Below the pieces are notes generated by a model. It saw only the letters and a program-made list of their open reading frames with translations, was not told where the DNA came from and searched no databases. A program made the translations under genes and the position numbers. 64,000 bases of DNA, taken from the NCBI RefSeq assembly GCF_006345805.1, contig NC_043016.1, positions 1,674,001-1,738,000 on the forward strand, in the 5' to 3' direction. Each line of letters starts with the position of its first letter. Positions within the stretch are counted from its first letter, which is position 1. Below, one piece after another: positions 1 through 14,783 of this stretch. The DNA comes from Octopus sinensis. Lineage: Eukaryota.

Positions 1-2305
1 ACACGAACGCACAAAAAATTGGCTGAAAATTTTAACAACATACTAGCAGAGCGAGAGACAAAGCCTGAATGGCTCACGAAGGGGAAATACCATCTTAATT
101 CCCAAATCAAATGAGACAGCAAAACCAGAAAACTACAGATCAATAACCTGTCTCCCTACAATGTACAAGGCATTTACTGCAGTGATATCGCAAAGATTGG
201 ACAAGCACCTGGATGAAAACAACATGTTTCCAGAAGAGCAGAAAGGATGCCGCAAAGGCTCATATGGCTGTAAAGATCAACTAATGATTAATAAAGCCAT
301 AACTTAAGACAGCCACAGAAAGAAGAAAGGCCTCAGTATGGCCTGGATCGACTACAAAAAGGGGTTAGATAGCATCCCACACATATGGATCCTCGAAACA
401 CTAGCCATTAACAAAGTAGCACCAACAATTATAAAATTCAAATGGCACTCTATGAATAAATGGCAAACAGTGCTACAGCTCCAAACAAAGAGGGACTCAT
501 GAAAACCAAAGACATCCCCATTAGAAGAGGAATATTCCAGGGAGACACGCTCTCTCCACTCCTTTTCCTCTTGGCTTGTCACGTCACCTCTATCTGATAT
601 GCTAAATAGAACTGGATGCGGATATAAATGTTACGGCAAAACGATCAGGGGTTGGAGTTGAACTTTTATATATGGATGACCTAAAACTATACGCTGCAAA
701 TGACAAACAGCTGGAAACACTATTAAAGATAGTTCATGGATTTACCAAAGAAATAGATATGAAATTTGGATTAGAAAAATGCGCCAAAGTAACCATGAAA
801 AGGGGGAACTAGTTAAGAGTAGCAACATCACACTAGATAAAACCAATGAATAAAAGAATTAGACCAAAGCCAAACTTCAAATACTTAGGAATCCATTAAC
901 TAGATAAGACACAACACACACAAATGAAAGAGAAAATAAAAAAAGAATATTATAGACGAGTTAGATCAATACCAAAAACAGAGATCAATGCTAAAAACAA
1001 GATAATAGGTATTAACACTTTAGCTGTCCCAGTTATAAGTTACAGCTAAAATATCCTTAACTGAACACGAAATGAACTGACCAAAATAGATAGGAAAACA
1101 AGAAAAATAATGACAGGATCTAGGATGCATCACCCAAAATCTGACATAGAAAGACTATATATACAACGTATAGAAGGTGGTAGAGGCCTTATACAGCTGG
1201 AAAACTACTATAAAATAACCACCATAGGACTGCAAAAATATCTACTTCAGAACGAAGGAAAACTGATACAAATAGTGACAATACATGAGCAAAATAAAAA
1301 ACTGTTCTCAGTATTTAAGGAAGCGACAAATACAAACAAGAAATCATACCACCTAATAAATATGAAGAAGAAGAAAAAGATGAAGAAACAACAAAAGCTA
1401 TAAAACAAATGAAATCCAATCTAAAAATAGAACAGCAACGAACCATGTTAAAACGATGGCAAGAAAAACCATTTCATAGTAAATACTGGACTAAACTAAA
1501 TGCAAAAGAAATAGACAAAGAAAAATCCCAGCAATGATTGAGAAGCTCAGGACTCAAAAAAGAGACAGAGGAATTTTTAATTGCAGCACAAGACCAAAGC
1601 CTCCCCACCAGAAATTACCAAAAACATGTAACGAAAAGAAATATAACAAGTAACTGCAGAATATGTGGAGATGGACAAGAAACAATAAATCCTATTATCT
1701 CTGGCTGCCCAGTCCTGGCTAAGAAGGAATATATTCACAGACATGACAGAGTTGGAACCTACATACACTTGAATGTATGCCAGCAATATGGAATAACAAC
1801 AGAAAAAAGATGGTATATGCACACACCAGAAAAGGTCACAGAAAACGAGAAAGCAACCATACTCTGGGATATGCCGATACACACAGATAGAGAAATTAAG
1901 GTCAACAGATCATGAAGAAAAAAAAATGCTTTCTAATTGATGTATCAATACCAGAAGATGACAATGTGTCTCTAAAAGAAATGGAGAAACTCTCAAAATA
2001 TAAAGACCTGCAAATAGAGGTAACCAGAATGTGGAATCTAAAAACAGAAACAATTCCTATTATAGTAGGTGCATTAGGCATGATAAAAAAATATTCAGAC
2101 AAATACATAACAAAAACACCAGGACTTACAAACACATATAGCATACAGAAAATTGCACTACTAGGCACTGCACACATCCTACGCAGAACACTTTCCATAC
2201 AATAACCATCAGAGCATCACAACAAATCACAGCACATACCTAAGGCACACAGAGCGGCGCTCGGTAGTGAAGTGAAAGCACGCTATAAAAATAAAACTAC
2301 TGAAT
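1..2305 (+). mobile_element. R4/Dong-clade non-LTR retrotransposon (RT + CCHC + RLE), degraded, runs off the window start
   Basis: Broken RT motifs (RGIFQGDTLSP ~525-555; YMDDLKLY ~670). ORFs 1110-1403, 1538-1915 (CRICGDGQETINPIISGC knuckle, RHD) and 1912-2205 (FLIDVSIP...EKLSKYKDL...IIVGALG, RLE). The 3' UTR ends in (TAA)n. Confidence 0.9.
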
Positions 2306-2323
2306 AATAATAATAATAATATA

Positions 2324-2546
2324 ATCTTTTACTGACCACAAGGGGCTAAACACAGAAGAAACAAACAAGGACAGACAAACGGATTAAGTCGATTATATCG
2401 ACCCCAGTGTGTAACAGGTACTTATTTAATCGACCCCGAAAGGATGAAAGGCAAAGTCGACCTCGGCGGAATTTGAACTCAGAGCTTAACGGCAGACGAA
2501 ATACGGCTACGCATTTCGCCCGGCGTGCTAACGTTTCTGCGGGCTC
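2324..2546 (-). mobile_element. SINE (tRNA-like head), Tx1-like 3' tail variant
   Basis: Reverse complement matches the copy at 37094-37318 (gcagaaacgttagcacgccgggcgaaatg...gttcaaattccgccgaggtcgactttgcctttcatcctttcggggtcg...tctgtgtttagccccttgtgg). Confidence 0.85.
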
Positions 2547-2614
2547 AATAATAATAATAATAATAACAACAACAACAAAATAATAATAATAACAACAACA
2601 ACAACAACTACAAC

Positions 2615-3932
<1,318 letters not shown>

Positions 3933-3996
3933 ATACTACTACTACTACTACTACTACAACTGCTGCTACTGCTACTACTACTACTGCTGCTGCTGA

Positions 3997-4067
<71 letters not shown>

Positions 4068-4086
4068 ATAATAATAATAATAATAA

Positions 4087-4475
4087 ATGCCTTGATGCAG
4101 TACGAGGCAGTGGCTCTCGTGGTTTCTGATCTTAACTGATTGGAAGTGTTATCATGTACATTGTTTTGTCTTGGTATAAAAGATGGGCTACAGCAAATAT
4201 TCTGCTCAATACCACAGATTTGCTTGTCAGGTGTTTGACCATAACCAGTTGAGCATGTCCCTTAGTGGCTGACGATATGTGCATCAATGATCACGAGCAA
4301 AAGTAATGGGGGAGCATCATAGCCATGTGTTGAGAGGAATTCTCTGGGGTTTTAATAATTCACTTCTGGAAACATGGGTAGTTCGTTCAACATCATTAAA
4401 TAACCTGAAGAAAATTCTAACTTGGCCCCAACTGCAAGGTCATCTGCTGTTTGGCGTAATGTACCCCTATCTCCT
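4087..4475 (+). mobile_element. Partial copy of the ~555-bp (TAA)n-associated non-coding element
   Basis: Starts atgccttgatgcagtacgaggcagtggctctc, near-identical to 12654-13208. It has internal deletions and lacks the 3' end. Confidence 0.8.
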
Positions 4476-5216
4476 ATGTATGCACTTTCCACCTTGTACG
4501 ACTTCGTTACGCACACTTTCTCTATAGTCTGTTTCTTTCTCTTTCCTTGCCTCTGATTCTTCCCCCACTTTATCACATTTCTCCGTCTTTCTTACTTTGC
4601 ACCATTATTTCTATTGCTAAGCCAATCCTGTTTCTTCTCCCCTCATTAATTCCTTCCTTCTCTCTCTCTCCCCCTTGGTGCCTTCGTCCCTTTCTTTCTC
4701 TCTGTCTTTGATTCCTTGCCCCCTGCTTTTCTTTCTCTCTCTTCCGTCCTCTCACGTGACTGCCTTCAAACTGGTCTTTCCGGCTTGACCGTTGTCACGT
4801 TAACACTGTTGTCTTCGTTTGCCGCAAAGGCATTTTTTCAAAATACGCCAGCCAAGATAAGTTAAAAATTGTCTGAAGTCGTAAGACACCCGCTGTTTTG
4901 TCCTGTTATTAATATTCTTGTTTTTTATTTCTATTTTTTGTTTCTTGTATTTATATTCGTGTGGCATCCCGTCCTTGTTTCGTATACATTCGATCCTCTT
5001 TCCAAGAAATCTAATGCCCGTAGCTTAGTTTTTCTTTGGGGCTGGCCGTATCGGAGCGACATCAGGATTAATCAGCCGAAATTGCTAAGATGATCCGGTT
5101 CCCGACTGAAAATTAGAGGCTTTGAATGACCCGTCTGTTTTTTTTTTGTCGTCTCTTTGTGTGTTTTTACGTTCTTGTCCCATTTTGTAATTCATATCTA
5201 ATTTCTATACATATAT

Positions 5217-5326
<110 letters not shown>

Positions 5327-5539
5327 GTATGTGTGTGTGTGTGTTTGTTTGTCTCTGTGTGTGTGTTTGTTTGTTGTCTCTGTGTGTGTGTGCGTGTATG
5401 AGTGTGTGTTTGTCCCACCACCAACGCTTTACAACAGGTGTTGGTTTCTTTACGTCGCCACAACATATTGGTTCTGCAAAGGAGATCAACACAATATGTA
5501 GCTGACTTTAAAAAATAAAAAATAATAATTATAATAATA

Positions 5540-5751
5540 ATCCTTCCTATTATAGGCGCAAGACCTGAAAATTTAGAGGAGTGGTTAGTCGATTACATCA
5601 ATCCGAGTACGTAACTGCAACTTATTTCATCGAACTCGAAAGGATGAAAGGCAAAGTCGACCCCATCGGAATTTGAACTCGTAGCGTAGAGACAGACAAG
5701 ATGCTGTTAAGCATTTTGCACGGCGAGCTAACGATTCCTGCCAGCTCACCT
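5540..5751 (-). mobile_element. SINE, same head and body as 2324-2546 but a different 3' tail
   Basis: Shared core (plus strand cgaaaggatgaaaggcaaagtcgacc...ggaatttgaactc). Sense tail is ...aattttcaggtcttgcgcctataataggaagga(tta)n. Confidence 0.8.
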
Positions 5752-5755
5752 TCTC

Positions 5756-5802
<47 letters not shown>

Positions 5803-5821
5803 CAACAACAACAACAACAAC

Positions 5822-5872
<51 letters not shown>

Positions 5873-5909
5873 CACTATCATCATCATCCTCATCATAATG
5901 ATGATAATG

Positions 5910-5944
<35 letters not shown>

Positions 5945-5947
<3 letters not shown>

Positions 5948-8900
5948 AGAGGAAGCCGAACAATAATAAGGAGAAAGGAAGCCCGCACTGAATAACAACA
6001 TGGATGTACTAAACCGGGCTCTCCATTCCAAAACAAATCTAATCCAATAACATCGATGGAATTAGATAAAGGAACTTGAGGAAAACTCGAAGGAAGCGAC
6101 CTTTTAACGAAGACACTAAGACTAAAACGAAATTTTACTGCCATAGAAAGTACAGTTTCTCCTACGCACGGTGTCTCAATGAAACATGTGCGGGACACAC
6201 GCACGATATTAACACTGGAAAGATTAAAATAGAAACGGACCAAAATAAATAAAAATAGTGAGTACATAAATTGAGTAATTACGCATACACTCGAATGTCT
6301 ACACAATCATATATACATTTTGATACCCATAGGACTACACATACATCCCAAAGTTGAACACACTAAGTGAAATTTACAGGACACACTCTCACGCACGTGA
6401 AAAAACGTGTCACAAAACAAGCAAAAACAAAATCAAAACTTTCTTTGTTTTTCTTCTTATTTACTTCTCATTTTTTCGAACTACCACAGACAGAGTGAAC
6501 CTTTCATAAGAGTAAAAAACACCACAAAGAAAAAGAAAAACTATGTCCGACGGTAAATCTATGAACAAAAAAAAATACAGACGAATACAGATCTGCTAGC
6601 CTTAACAAATTTCGCTACGAGTGATGTTTACATTCAGAGGCGGCGTCGTCGCAGGAACTTAACCCTATACTTACAGATCCGACTCCTAATGTAACAGCCG
6701 AAGCTCGTCATGCCTCAATGTCAACAAAACAAATTACAAACCGCAATTGTCATCGATCGGTTTACAAAAGACCACAAACCCGAACATTGAAGCAAATTCT
6801 GACTGAAAAATTAACCACTGGTTCAAATCTTGGACGTACCCCACAACCGGAATATCCCAACAGATTGCCGTCCATGCCCGTCATCAAATAACCAACAGAA
6901 AAAGAATGAAAGATGGTCTAGGGAAGATAATAAGGAAGTTCTTACGGCCTTTTAACTTGCCATTTATTTCCCCACACATAAATCTAACACTATACAAACC
7001 TACATAAACTGGAGACAGAAACGCCCTGAAGTAAGACCCTACATAGACAGTAACAAACTTGCCAACGTTAGAAGAAACATTATAAAAAAAAATTACTGAC
7101 TGAAGTAGAGATTGATCAAATCAAACAAGCAGTAACGGATAAAAACAACGAACCCGCAGTTAAAGAAGATAATACAGAGAAAATAATTATAGACCAGTCC
7201 AGGGCTGATAAAAACGCAGTAAGGATTGAAAGAGTTAGTATAACTGATAGGCAAAGTGAACCAATCATAAACACTAAGACAGATGAACATCAAATCAAAG
7301 AAGAAAGTCACACAAATATTGACCCAACTGAACTACATGAGCTAAAAAATCAAATCATGATTGAATGGCTGAAAATTAAAGAAACCATTATGGATGAACA
7401 CGATACACTCCCTAAAATCCGCAACTCTAACCAAAACATGAAAATAATTGGTAAAATCCGCCTTGAACTAAAGGACATAATTTCAGCTAATGATGTTAAT
7501 ATCACAGATCCCAACAACATGTACTATGCATCCGCGAAAATCTCTACCATCCTATGTGGTGAAAAGATTAGAAGGCGGCAACATTCCCACAAAAAGCCTT
7601 CTTGGCAAGAGCGTATCCAACATCAAATTAAACTACTTAGGTCTGAGATTGAATGTTTGAAAAATCTTAAGGTTGACAAAACTACCAAACCTACAAAAAC
7701 CCAAAAATTAGAGAAAAAATATAATATGAAAACTATACTTGATATTGATGCCACCATAGAAACCATCAAGCAAAAGGTATCTGCCAAAGCTGCCCGCATA
7801 GCAAGGTATGAAAAGCGTGTTAGATTCTTCAAGGACAACAACATGTTCAAAAATATCCCCAAAATTTTTTACAGGAAGATAGGGAAAACACCAGTTTCTG
7901 TAAAGTCTGTACCATCAAAAGACAAAGTGCACGGTTTTTGGAATAACATTTGGGCAGAAGAAAAAACACACAACGAAAAGGCCTCTTGGATTGATAGAAT
8001 AGCTACGGACTTGTACTCTTTAGAGAAGCAAAATTGGGAGGATGTCAAGATAGAAGATGTAAGATCTGCTCTCAAGAGGTCAAGCAAATGGAAGTCTCCA
8101 GGAAAGGATAAAATTACTAACTGCTGGTTGAATGCCTTCCCAGAGAACCATGAACTGCTAACAGAACTGTACAATGATGTTTTGCAACAACCTAGTATGA
8201 TGCCTCCTTGCTTATTTAATGGTTTAACATTAGTGCTCCCAAAAAGTGAAAAAAGAAATGAACCAAAAAACTATAGACCCATAACCTGCTTAACAACTAT
8301 GTACAAAACGCTAACATCTGTCCTGACGGGCTATACCTATAATTTTTTAATAGACAGCAGCATATTCCCTAATGAACAGAAAGGGTGTAAACGTGGATCC
8401 GATGGTTGTAAAGATCAGCTACTCATCAATAAGATGATCTTGGAAGAATGTCACAAACAACACAGAAACTTGTTAATAGCCTGGATAGACTATAAAAAGG
8501 CTTTTGATAGCCTACCACATAGCTGGATTAAGAAATGCCTGGAAATGTATAAAATAGCGCCTACTCTGCGAAACTTTTTGTCTGTAAGTATGATATCATG
8601 GAGAACCACACTGACTTTGAACAGTGACAATGAATCTCTAAATGCTGGTGATGTAAAAATTTCATGTGGCATTTTCCAGGGCGACTCACTATCACCACTC
8701 CTCTTTGGTTTAGCCTTAATATATCTCTCAAAATTGCTCAATGACGCGCAGTACGGATATAAATTGTTGGATAAAAATATAAATCATCTCATTTACATGG
8801 ATGATTTAAAGTTCTTTGCAAAAAATGACCAACAACTCAAGGGCTTACTAGCGATTGTTAAACAAGTCAGCGATGACATCAGAATGCAATTTGGTCTAGA

Positions 8901-10122
8901 TAAATGTGCAAAACCTACTTTTATGAAAGGAAAAATGACAGAAACATCTAACGTTAACCTTGACCAGCAGAATGTTATAAAACAGTGAGACCCAGTGAAG
9001 AGCTACAAGTACATAGAGTTACTTGAAGGGGACGGAATAAGGCATTCATTGACGAAGGAAAGGATCAGAAGAGAGTGTTATCGCAGAGTAAGTGCAGTAC
9101 TCAAGACAGAGCTGAATGCAAGAAACATGATCGAAGCGATCAATGCTTTAGCCATACCAGTCGTGACTTACAGTTTAAATATCGTTAACTGGTCAATTAC
9201 TGAAATATGTCAGCTTGACGGAAAAATACGAAAACTGTTGACAATGCATAGAATACACCACCCTAAGGCAGATATAGAACGACTTTATCTACCAAGAAAA
9301 GAGGGAGGACGTGGGCTTTTACAACTGGCAATAATCTGAAACAGAAGGGTTTATCATAGCAGCTCATGATCAATGCCTACTAACAAGGAACTACCAGGCC
9401 AACATATTAATGAACGGCAGTAGCCCAACAAAATGAAACCATTGATCATGTTGTCTCCAAGTGCAGTCTTCTAGCGCCTACAGAGTACCTCAAAAGGCAT
9501 GATAGAGCCGCGCAATATATTCACTGCAGAAACCTGGACTTGCCCCATGATAAAAACTGGTGGGAACAGAAACCACCTCCAGTGCTTGAAAATGACCACA
9601 TCTCACTTCTCTGGAACTTCCCCATTCAAACAGACAGAAAGATAGTTGCGAATACGCCAGACATCATATTGAAAGACTTCAGACAAAAAACATTGCCTCC
9701 TCAGTGATATGACTGTCCCAATCGATATAAATGTATCTGTCAAGACCTACCAGCAACTGGGCAAATAAAAGATCTGGAAATAGATATCAGCAAAATGTGG
9801 AACCTGAAGATTAAAACAATGATAGCGAAAGGGGCTGATCGCTACCTAACTCAGATACCAGGAAACCCCAAAATGGCAGAAATTCAAAAGATATTGCTCA
9901 TGGGAACTGCTCATATCCTACGCAAAATACTTTCTACGTAATCTCAAGTTTTAAAACAAACATAATTTTCGTATGGTTTTTTAGGCATTCACTAGTACAA
10001 CACTAAGTACAAAACCAAATATATGGCACACTAGGCATAACACCAACATCAACTTCCAACTTGTTGTCTCTGACTGAGACTTGGAGCCAGCTTGTGCAAA
10101 TGTAAAGCAAAAGTCAAACATA

Positions 10123-10124
<2 letters not shown>
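5945..10124 (+). mobile_element. Near full-length R4/Dong-clade LINE (family 2); 5' boundary uncertain (5945-6540)
   Basis: N-terminal R4-type block read by hand at ~6870-7100 (RWSREDNKEVLTAF*...WRQKRP...NKLANVRRNII). RT ORF 7357-8988 (KSPGKD, YRPITCL, DYKKAFDS, GIFQGDSLSP, YMDDLK), continuing at 8995-9339. Degraded RLE region. 3' end ...aaagtcaaacataga(ata)n. Confidence 0.9.
7357..9339 (+). pseudogene. Reverse transcriptase region of the R4/Dong LINE (stop at 8986-8988, internal deletion after 9334)
   Basis: ORF track 7357-8988 and 8995-9339 carry the non-LTR RT motifs. Confidence 0.9.
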
Positions 10125-10154
<30 letters not shown>

Positions 10155-10169
10155 TAATATAATAATAAT

Positions 10170-10232
<63 letters not shown>

Positions 10233-10283
10233 TAATAATAATGATAATAATAATAATAATGATAATAATTATAATAATTATAA

Positions 10284-11824
10284 GAGTTAGACCCAGCGGA
10301 GAGCTACAAGTACCTAGGGGTAATTGAAGGGGACGGAATAAGGCATTCAGTGATGGAGGAAAGGATCAGGAGGGAATGTTATCGCAGAGTAAATGCAATA
10401 CTCAAGACAGAGCTGAATGCGAGAAACAGGATCGACGCCATCAATGCTTTAGCCATACCAGTCGTGACTTACAATTTCAATATCGTTAACTGGTCAATTA
10501 CTGAAATATGTAATCTTGACAGAAAAATACAAAAACTGTTGACAATGCATATAAGGACCACCCTAAGGCAGATACAGAACGACTTTATATGCCAAGAAAA
10601 GAGGGAGGCCGTGGAATTTTACAACTGGCAATAACAATGAAGATTGCTACAATTGGCCTAGACATCTACCTGAAAAACTCTGAGGATTGGATGTTAAAAC
10701 TTGTCTCAAAACATGAAAACAAAAAAGCATCATACTCAGTAACAAAACAGGCAAAGGAATTCCGAATACAACAAATTCCGGAATTAGACATACAAGAAAC
10801 AAGCACAGAAAAAGCTAAACACATGAAAATCCGTGCTAAAACTGCTGCCTTAAATATTCTGAATGATAAATTGCAAGATAAACCTCTCTATGGCAAATAC
10901 CCAAAGAGAGCGAATAATGCAGATGTTGACAAAGCCCTGACCCATCAATGGCTAATGGTCTCTGGCTTAAAATCTGAAACGAAAGGGTTTATCATAGCAG
11001 CTCAAGATCAATGCCTACCAAGGAACTAACGGGCCAACATATTAAAGAACGGCAGTAGCCCAACATGTCGGGTATGTCAACAACAAAATGAAACCATTGA
11101 TCATGTTGTCTCCAAGTGCAGGCTTCTAGCGCCTAGAGAGTATCTCAACAGGCATGATAGAGCTGCACAATATATTCACTGGGTAATTTGCAAAAACCTG
11201 AATTTGCACCATGAAAAAAACTGGTGGGAACACAAACCACCTCCAGTGCTTGAAAATGACCACATGTCACTCCTCTGGAACTTCCCCATTCAAACTGACA
11301 GAAAGATAGTTGCGAATACGCCAGACATCATATTGAAAGACTTCAGACAAAAAACATGCCTCTTCATTGATATGACTGTCCCAATCGATATAAACGTATC
11401 TGTCAAGACCTACCAAAAGCTGAGCAAATATAAAGATCTGGAAATAGAAATCAGCAAAATGTGGAACCTGAAAACTAAAACAATACCTGTAGTCATAGAT
11501 GCCCTGGGAATGATAGCAAAAGGGGCTGATTGCTACCTAACTCAGATTCCAGGAAACCCCAAAATGGCAGAAATTCAAAAGATAGTGCTCATGGGAACTG
11601 CTCATATCCTACGCAAAATACTTTCTATGTAATCTCAAGTTTTAAAACAAACATAGTTTTCGTATGGTTTTTTATACATTCACTCGTACAACACTAAATA
11701 CAAAACCAAATAAACGGCACACTAGGCATAACCACAACATGAAGTTCCAACCTGTTGTCTCTTGACGTCCTGGGTGAGACTTGGCGCCAGCTTGTGAAAA
11801 TGTAAAGCAAAAGTCAAACATAAC
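10284..11824 (+). mobile_element. 5'-truncated second copy of R4/Dong family 2, head-to-tail with the first across (TAA)n
   Basis: ORFs 10350-10634, 10589-11029 and 11204-11632 (PDIILKD...FIDMTVP...KLSKYKDL, RLE). Same 3' UTR as the 10124 end; (TAA)n on both sides. Confidence 0.9.
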
Positions 11825-11888
<64 letters not shown>

Positions 11889-11889
<1 letters not shown>

Positions 11890-12588
11890 CTTGGTATAAA
11901 AGATGGGCTACAGCAAATAGTCCGCTCAATACCACAGTTGAGCATGTCCCTTAGTGGCTGACGATATGTGCATCTCTGGTCACGAGCAGAAGTAGTGGGG
12001 GAGCATCATAGCCATCTGTTGAGAGGGATTGAATGCCCTGACGCAGTACCAGGCAGTGGCTCTCATGGCTCCTGATCTTAACTGATTGGAAGTGTTATCA
12101 TGTACATTGTTTTGTCTTGGTATAAAAGATGGGCTACAGCAAATATTCTGCTGAATACCACAGATTTGCTTGTCAGTTGTTTGACCTTAACCAGTTGAGT
12201 ATGTCCCTTAGTGGATGACGATATGTGCATCTCTGATCATGAGCAGAAGTAGTGGGGGAGCATCATAGCAATGTGTTGAGAGGGATTCTTTGGGGTTTGG
12301 ATAATTCACCTCTGGAAACATGGGTGGTTCTTTCAACATCCTCAAACAACCCTTATTCAGGGACCTTTTGAGCGGGATGGGCTACTCAACTTGAAGAAAA
12401 TTCTAACAGGGCCCCACCTGCAAGGTCAAGTGCTGTTTATCTTGATATGAAATCACCATGTCACGTACACATGGTTGTCATGCATGTGCCTGGTGTACCC
12501 TTATCAGACGGGTAGTCATGATGGGTATATTGGGCTTCGTATATTTTACCCCAGTGTCACTTTGATGGCATGAACTGCTCTCTCACTC
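11889..12588 (+). mobile_element. ~555-bp (TAA)n-associated element: partial internal piece (11889-12030) fused to a full copy (12033-12588)
   Basis: Direct repeat of 12654-13208. Ends ...ctgctctctcactc(aat)n. Confidence 0.85.
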
Positions 12589-12653
<65 letters not shown>

Positions 12654-12655
<2 letters not shown>

Positions 12656-13208
12656 GCCCTGATGCAGTACCAGGCAGTGGCTCTCATGGCTTCTGATCTT
12701 AACTGATTGGAAGTGTTATCATGTACATTGTTTTGTCTTGGTATAAAAATGGGCTACAGCAAATATTCTGCTCAATACCACAGATTTGCTTGTCAGTTGT
12801 TTGACCTTAACCAGTTGAGCATGTCCCTTAGTGGCTGACGATATGTGCATCTCTGATCACGAGCAGAAGTAGTGGGGGAGCATCATAGCCATGTGTTGAG
12901 AAGGATTCTTTGGGGTTTGAATAATTCACCTCTGGAAACATGGGTGTTTCGTTCAACGTCCTTAAACAACCCTTATTCAGGAACCTTTTGAGCGGGATGG
13001 GTTACTCGATCTGAAGAAAATTCTAACTGGGCTCCACCTGCAAGGTCATGTGCTGTTTATCTTGATATGAGATCACCATGTCGCGCACATATGGTTGTGA
13101 TGCATGTGCCTGGTGTACCCTTATCAGGCGGGTAGTCATGATGGGTATACTGGGCTTCGTATATTTTACCCCAGTGTCACTTTGATGGCATGCTCTGCTC
13201 GCTCACTC
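12654..13208 (+). mobile_element. Full-length ~555-bp (TAA)n-associated non-coding element
   Basis: atgccctgatgcagtaccaggcagtgg...tgctctgctcgctcactc, flanked by (TAA)n on both sides. Other copies at 4087, 12033 and 23792 (minus). Confidence 0.85.
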
Positions 13209-13261
<53 letters not shown>

Positions 13262-13299
13262 TATTTTAAAAAAGATTGACGTAACTCTTCACAAATGTA

Positions 13300-14783
13300 A
13301 ATAGTCAAGACGATGAGCGCGATTCGATTGTAAAATATTTTATTAGTTGAACGATATTTCCACAGTAAGTCTGTCTTGTCAAGTTCAAAATAAAAAGTGA
13401 TAAAAATTCAAAATTACAGAAATTTAAACGTAAAGTGTGAACGAGAGCCACCAGCGTCCACACGTTGGTGGAATGACATCATCAGTTTTAAATTTACAAT
13501 TTTATAACAGGCGAAAAGAGAAAGAGAGAAAGAAACAGAAAAAAGAAGACGACAGAAAATAAGGAAAGAAAGAGACAAAACGAGGGATACTTAATCAAAC
13601 TGCTTTGTGTAAATTTGATGATATTCTCTTGTCATCTTATTCATTCTTCCAGGGCGTGATTTTAATAACCCACAAACATATTTCTCCTCATACATTATGA
13701 GAAGTGAAAGAGAAGCAGATTCAGAATATGCACTTTCAAGTCTTCTTCAAAATTGCAGCCGCTTGAAACGAAATGTTCAGCAAGTTCTGTCGAACTACTG
13801 TTATTGTGCCTGGCGTCGAATCTGTGCCCATTAAACCTTTTGTTCAGCTGTTCGGTTGTGCAACCAACATAAATTAAATTGTGTTTTGTGCATTGTGCAG
13901 CGTACACCAAATGGGAATCTTTACATGTTCCACCTACTGTATAAATCATAACATTTCTGTTATCATTTCTGATGGAATTCACTTCACTCATGTTATTGCA
14001 CAATGAACAGGGCTTACCTCTCTTGCGGCTGTTCCTTAAGGTACAGAGTGTAGGTACTCCAACGTTCGTTTTCTTTGAGTCAGATATAGAGGTCAATAAT
14101 TCTCTTATATTCTTATTCGTCTAAAGGTTACAATAGGCGGCTGAGGAAAAATCTGTTTGAAACGAGAATACTTTTTCGCCGCATGCTGGTAACTTTTATG
14201 CAAAACTTTTGAAATGCCAGCGAAATGTCGGTGCCATTTAATCACTAAAGAAATTCTGTCATCTATTGTATTGTGTTTGCTAAAATTATGCGTATAGGTT
14301 TGACTAGCTTTGCTAATATTTCATTTGCTATTTCCTTTAATCGTGATTCACTGTAACCGCGTTTGACATAATAACATACAAAAGCATTTGCATGTTTCCA
14401 GTAATCCCCCATGTCAGTACAAATCTGTTTTATCTTTAAAAACTGAGATTTCGGATTTGACCGAATGAGATGATTTAGATGATCGGAGAGGCGGTGGAGA
14501 TAAATGTGGGATGACGTGGGCTTGCAAAATAACTCTGTCACTATTCTGCCTCCAGAAAACTTTTGTGTCCAAAAATTCAACGCTAGGTTTTGAAAATTTT
14601 ATGCTGGAATTAAAGTCCTGGTTTTTAGCATAACAGTCACAGAAATGCAAAAAGTCCATTAAACTATCCTGTGATTCTTCCCGGACAAAATATATGTTAT
14701 CAATGAACCGTAACCAGAGTATTTGTCCATGACCATGAAAAAATTTGAATGTCTTCAGTAACTGTGTTTCGAATTTCATAATG

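Noticed and set aside
4770-5190. Higher-complexity segment that may be a dispersed repeat
   Set aside because: Single copy in the window, with no diagnostic ends or motifs.
12654-12960. Possible HDV-like or hammerhead ribozyme in the 555-bp element (ctgacga at ~12835; hairpin cagtggc/gcttctg)
   Set aside because: I could not build P1/P1.1 for an HDV fold, or stem I and an adjacent GAAA for a hammerhead.
11889-13260. Repeat units separated by (TAA)n looked array-like (CRISPR-like)
   Set aside because: The units are ~555-bp dispersed repeats, the spacers are microsatellite, the context is eukaryotic and there are no cas genes.
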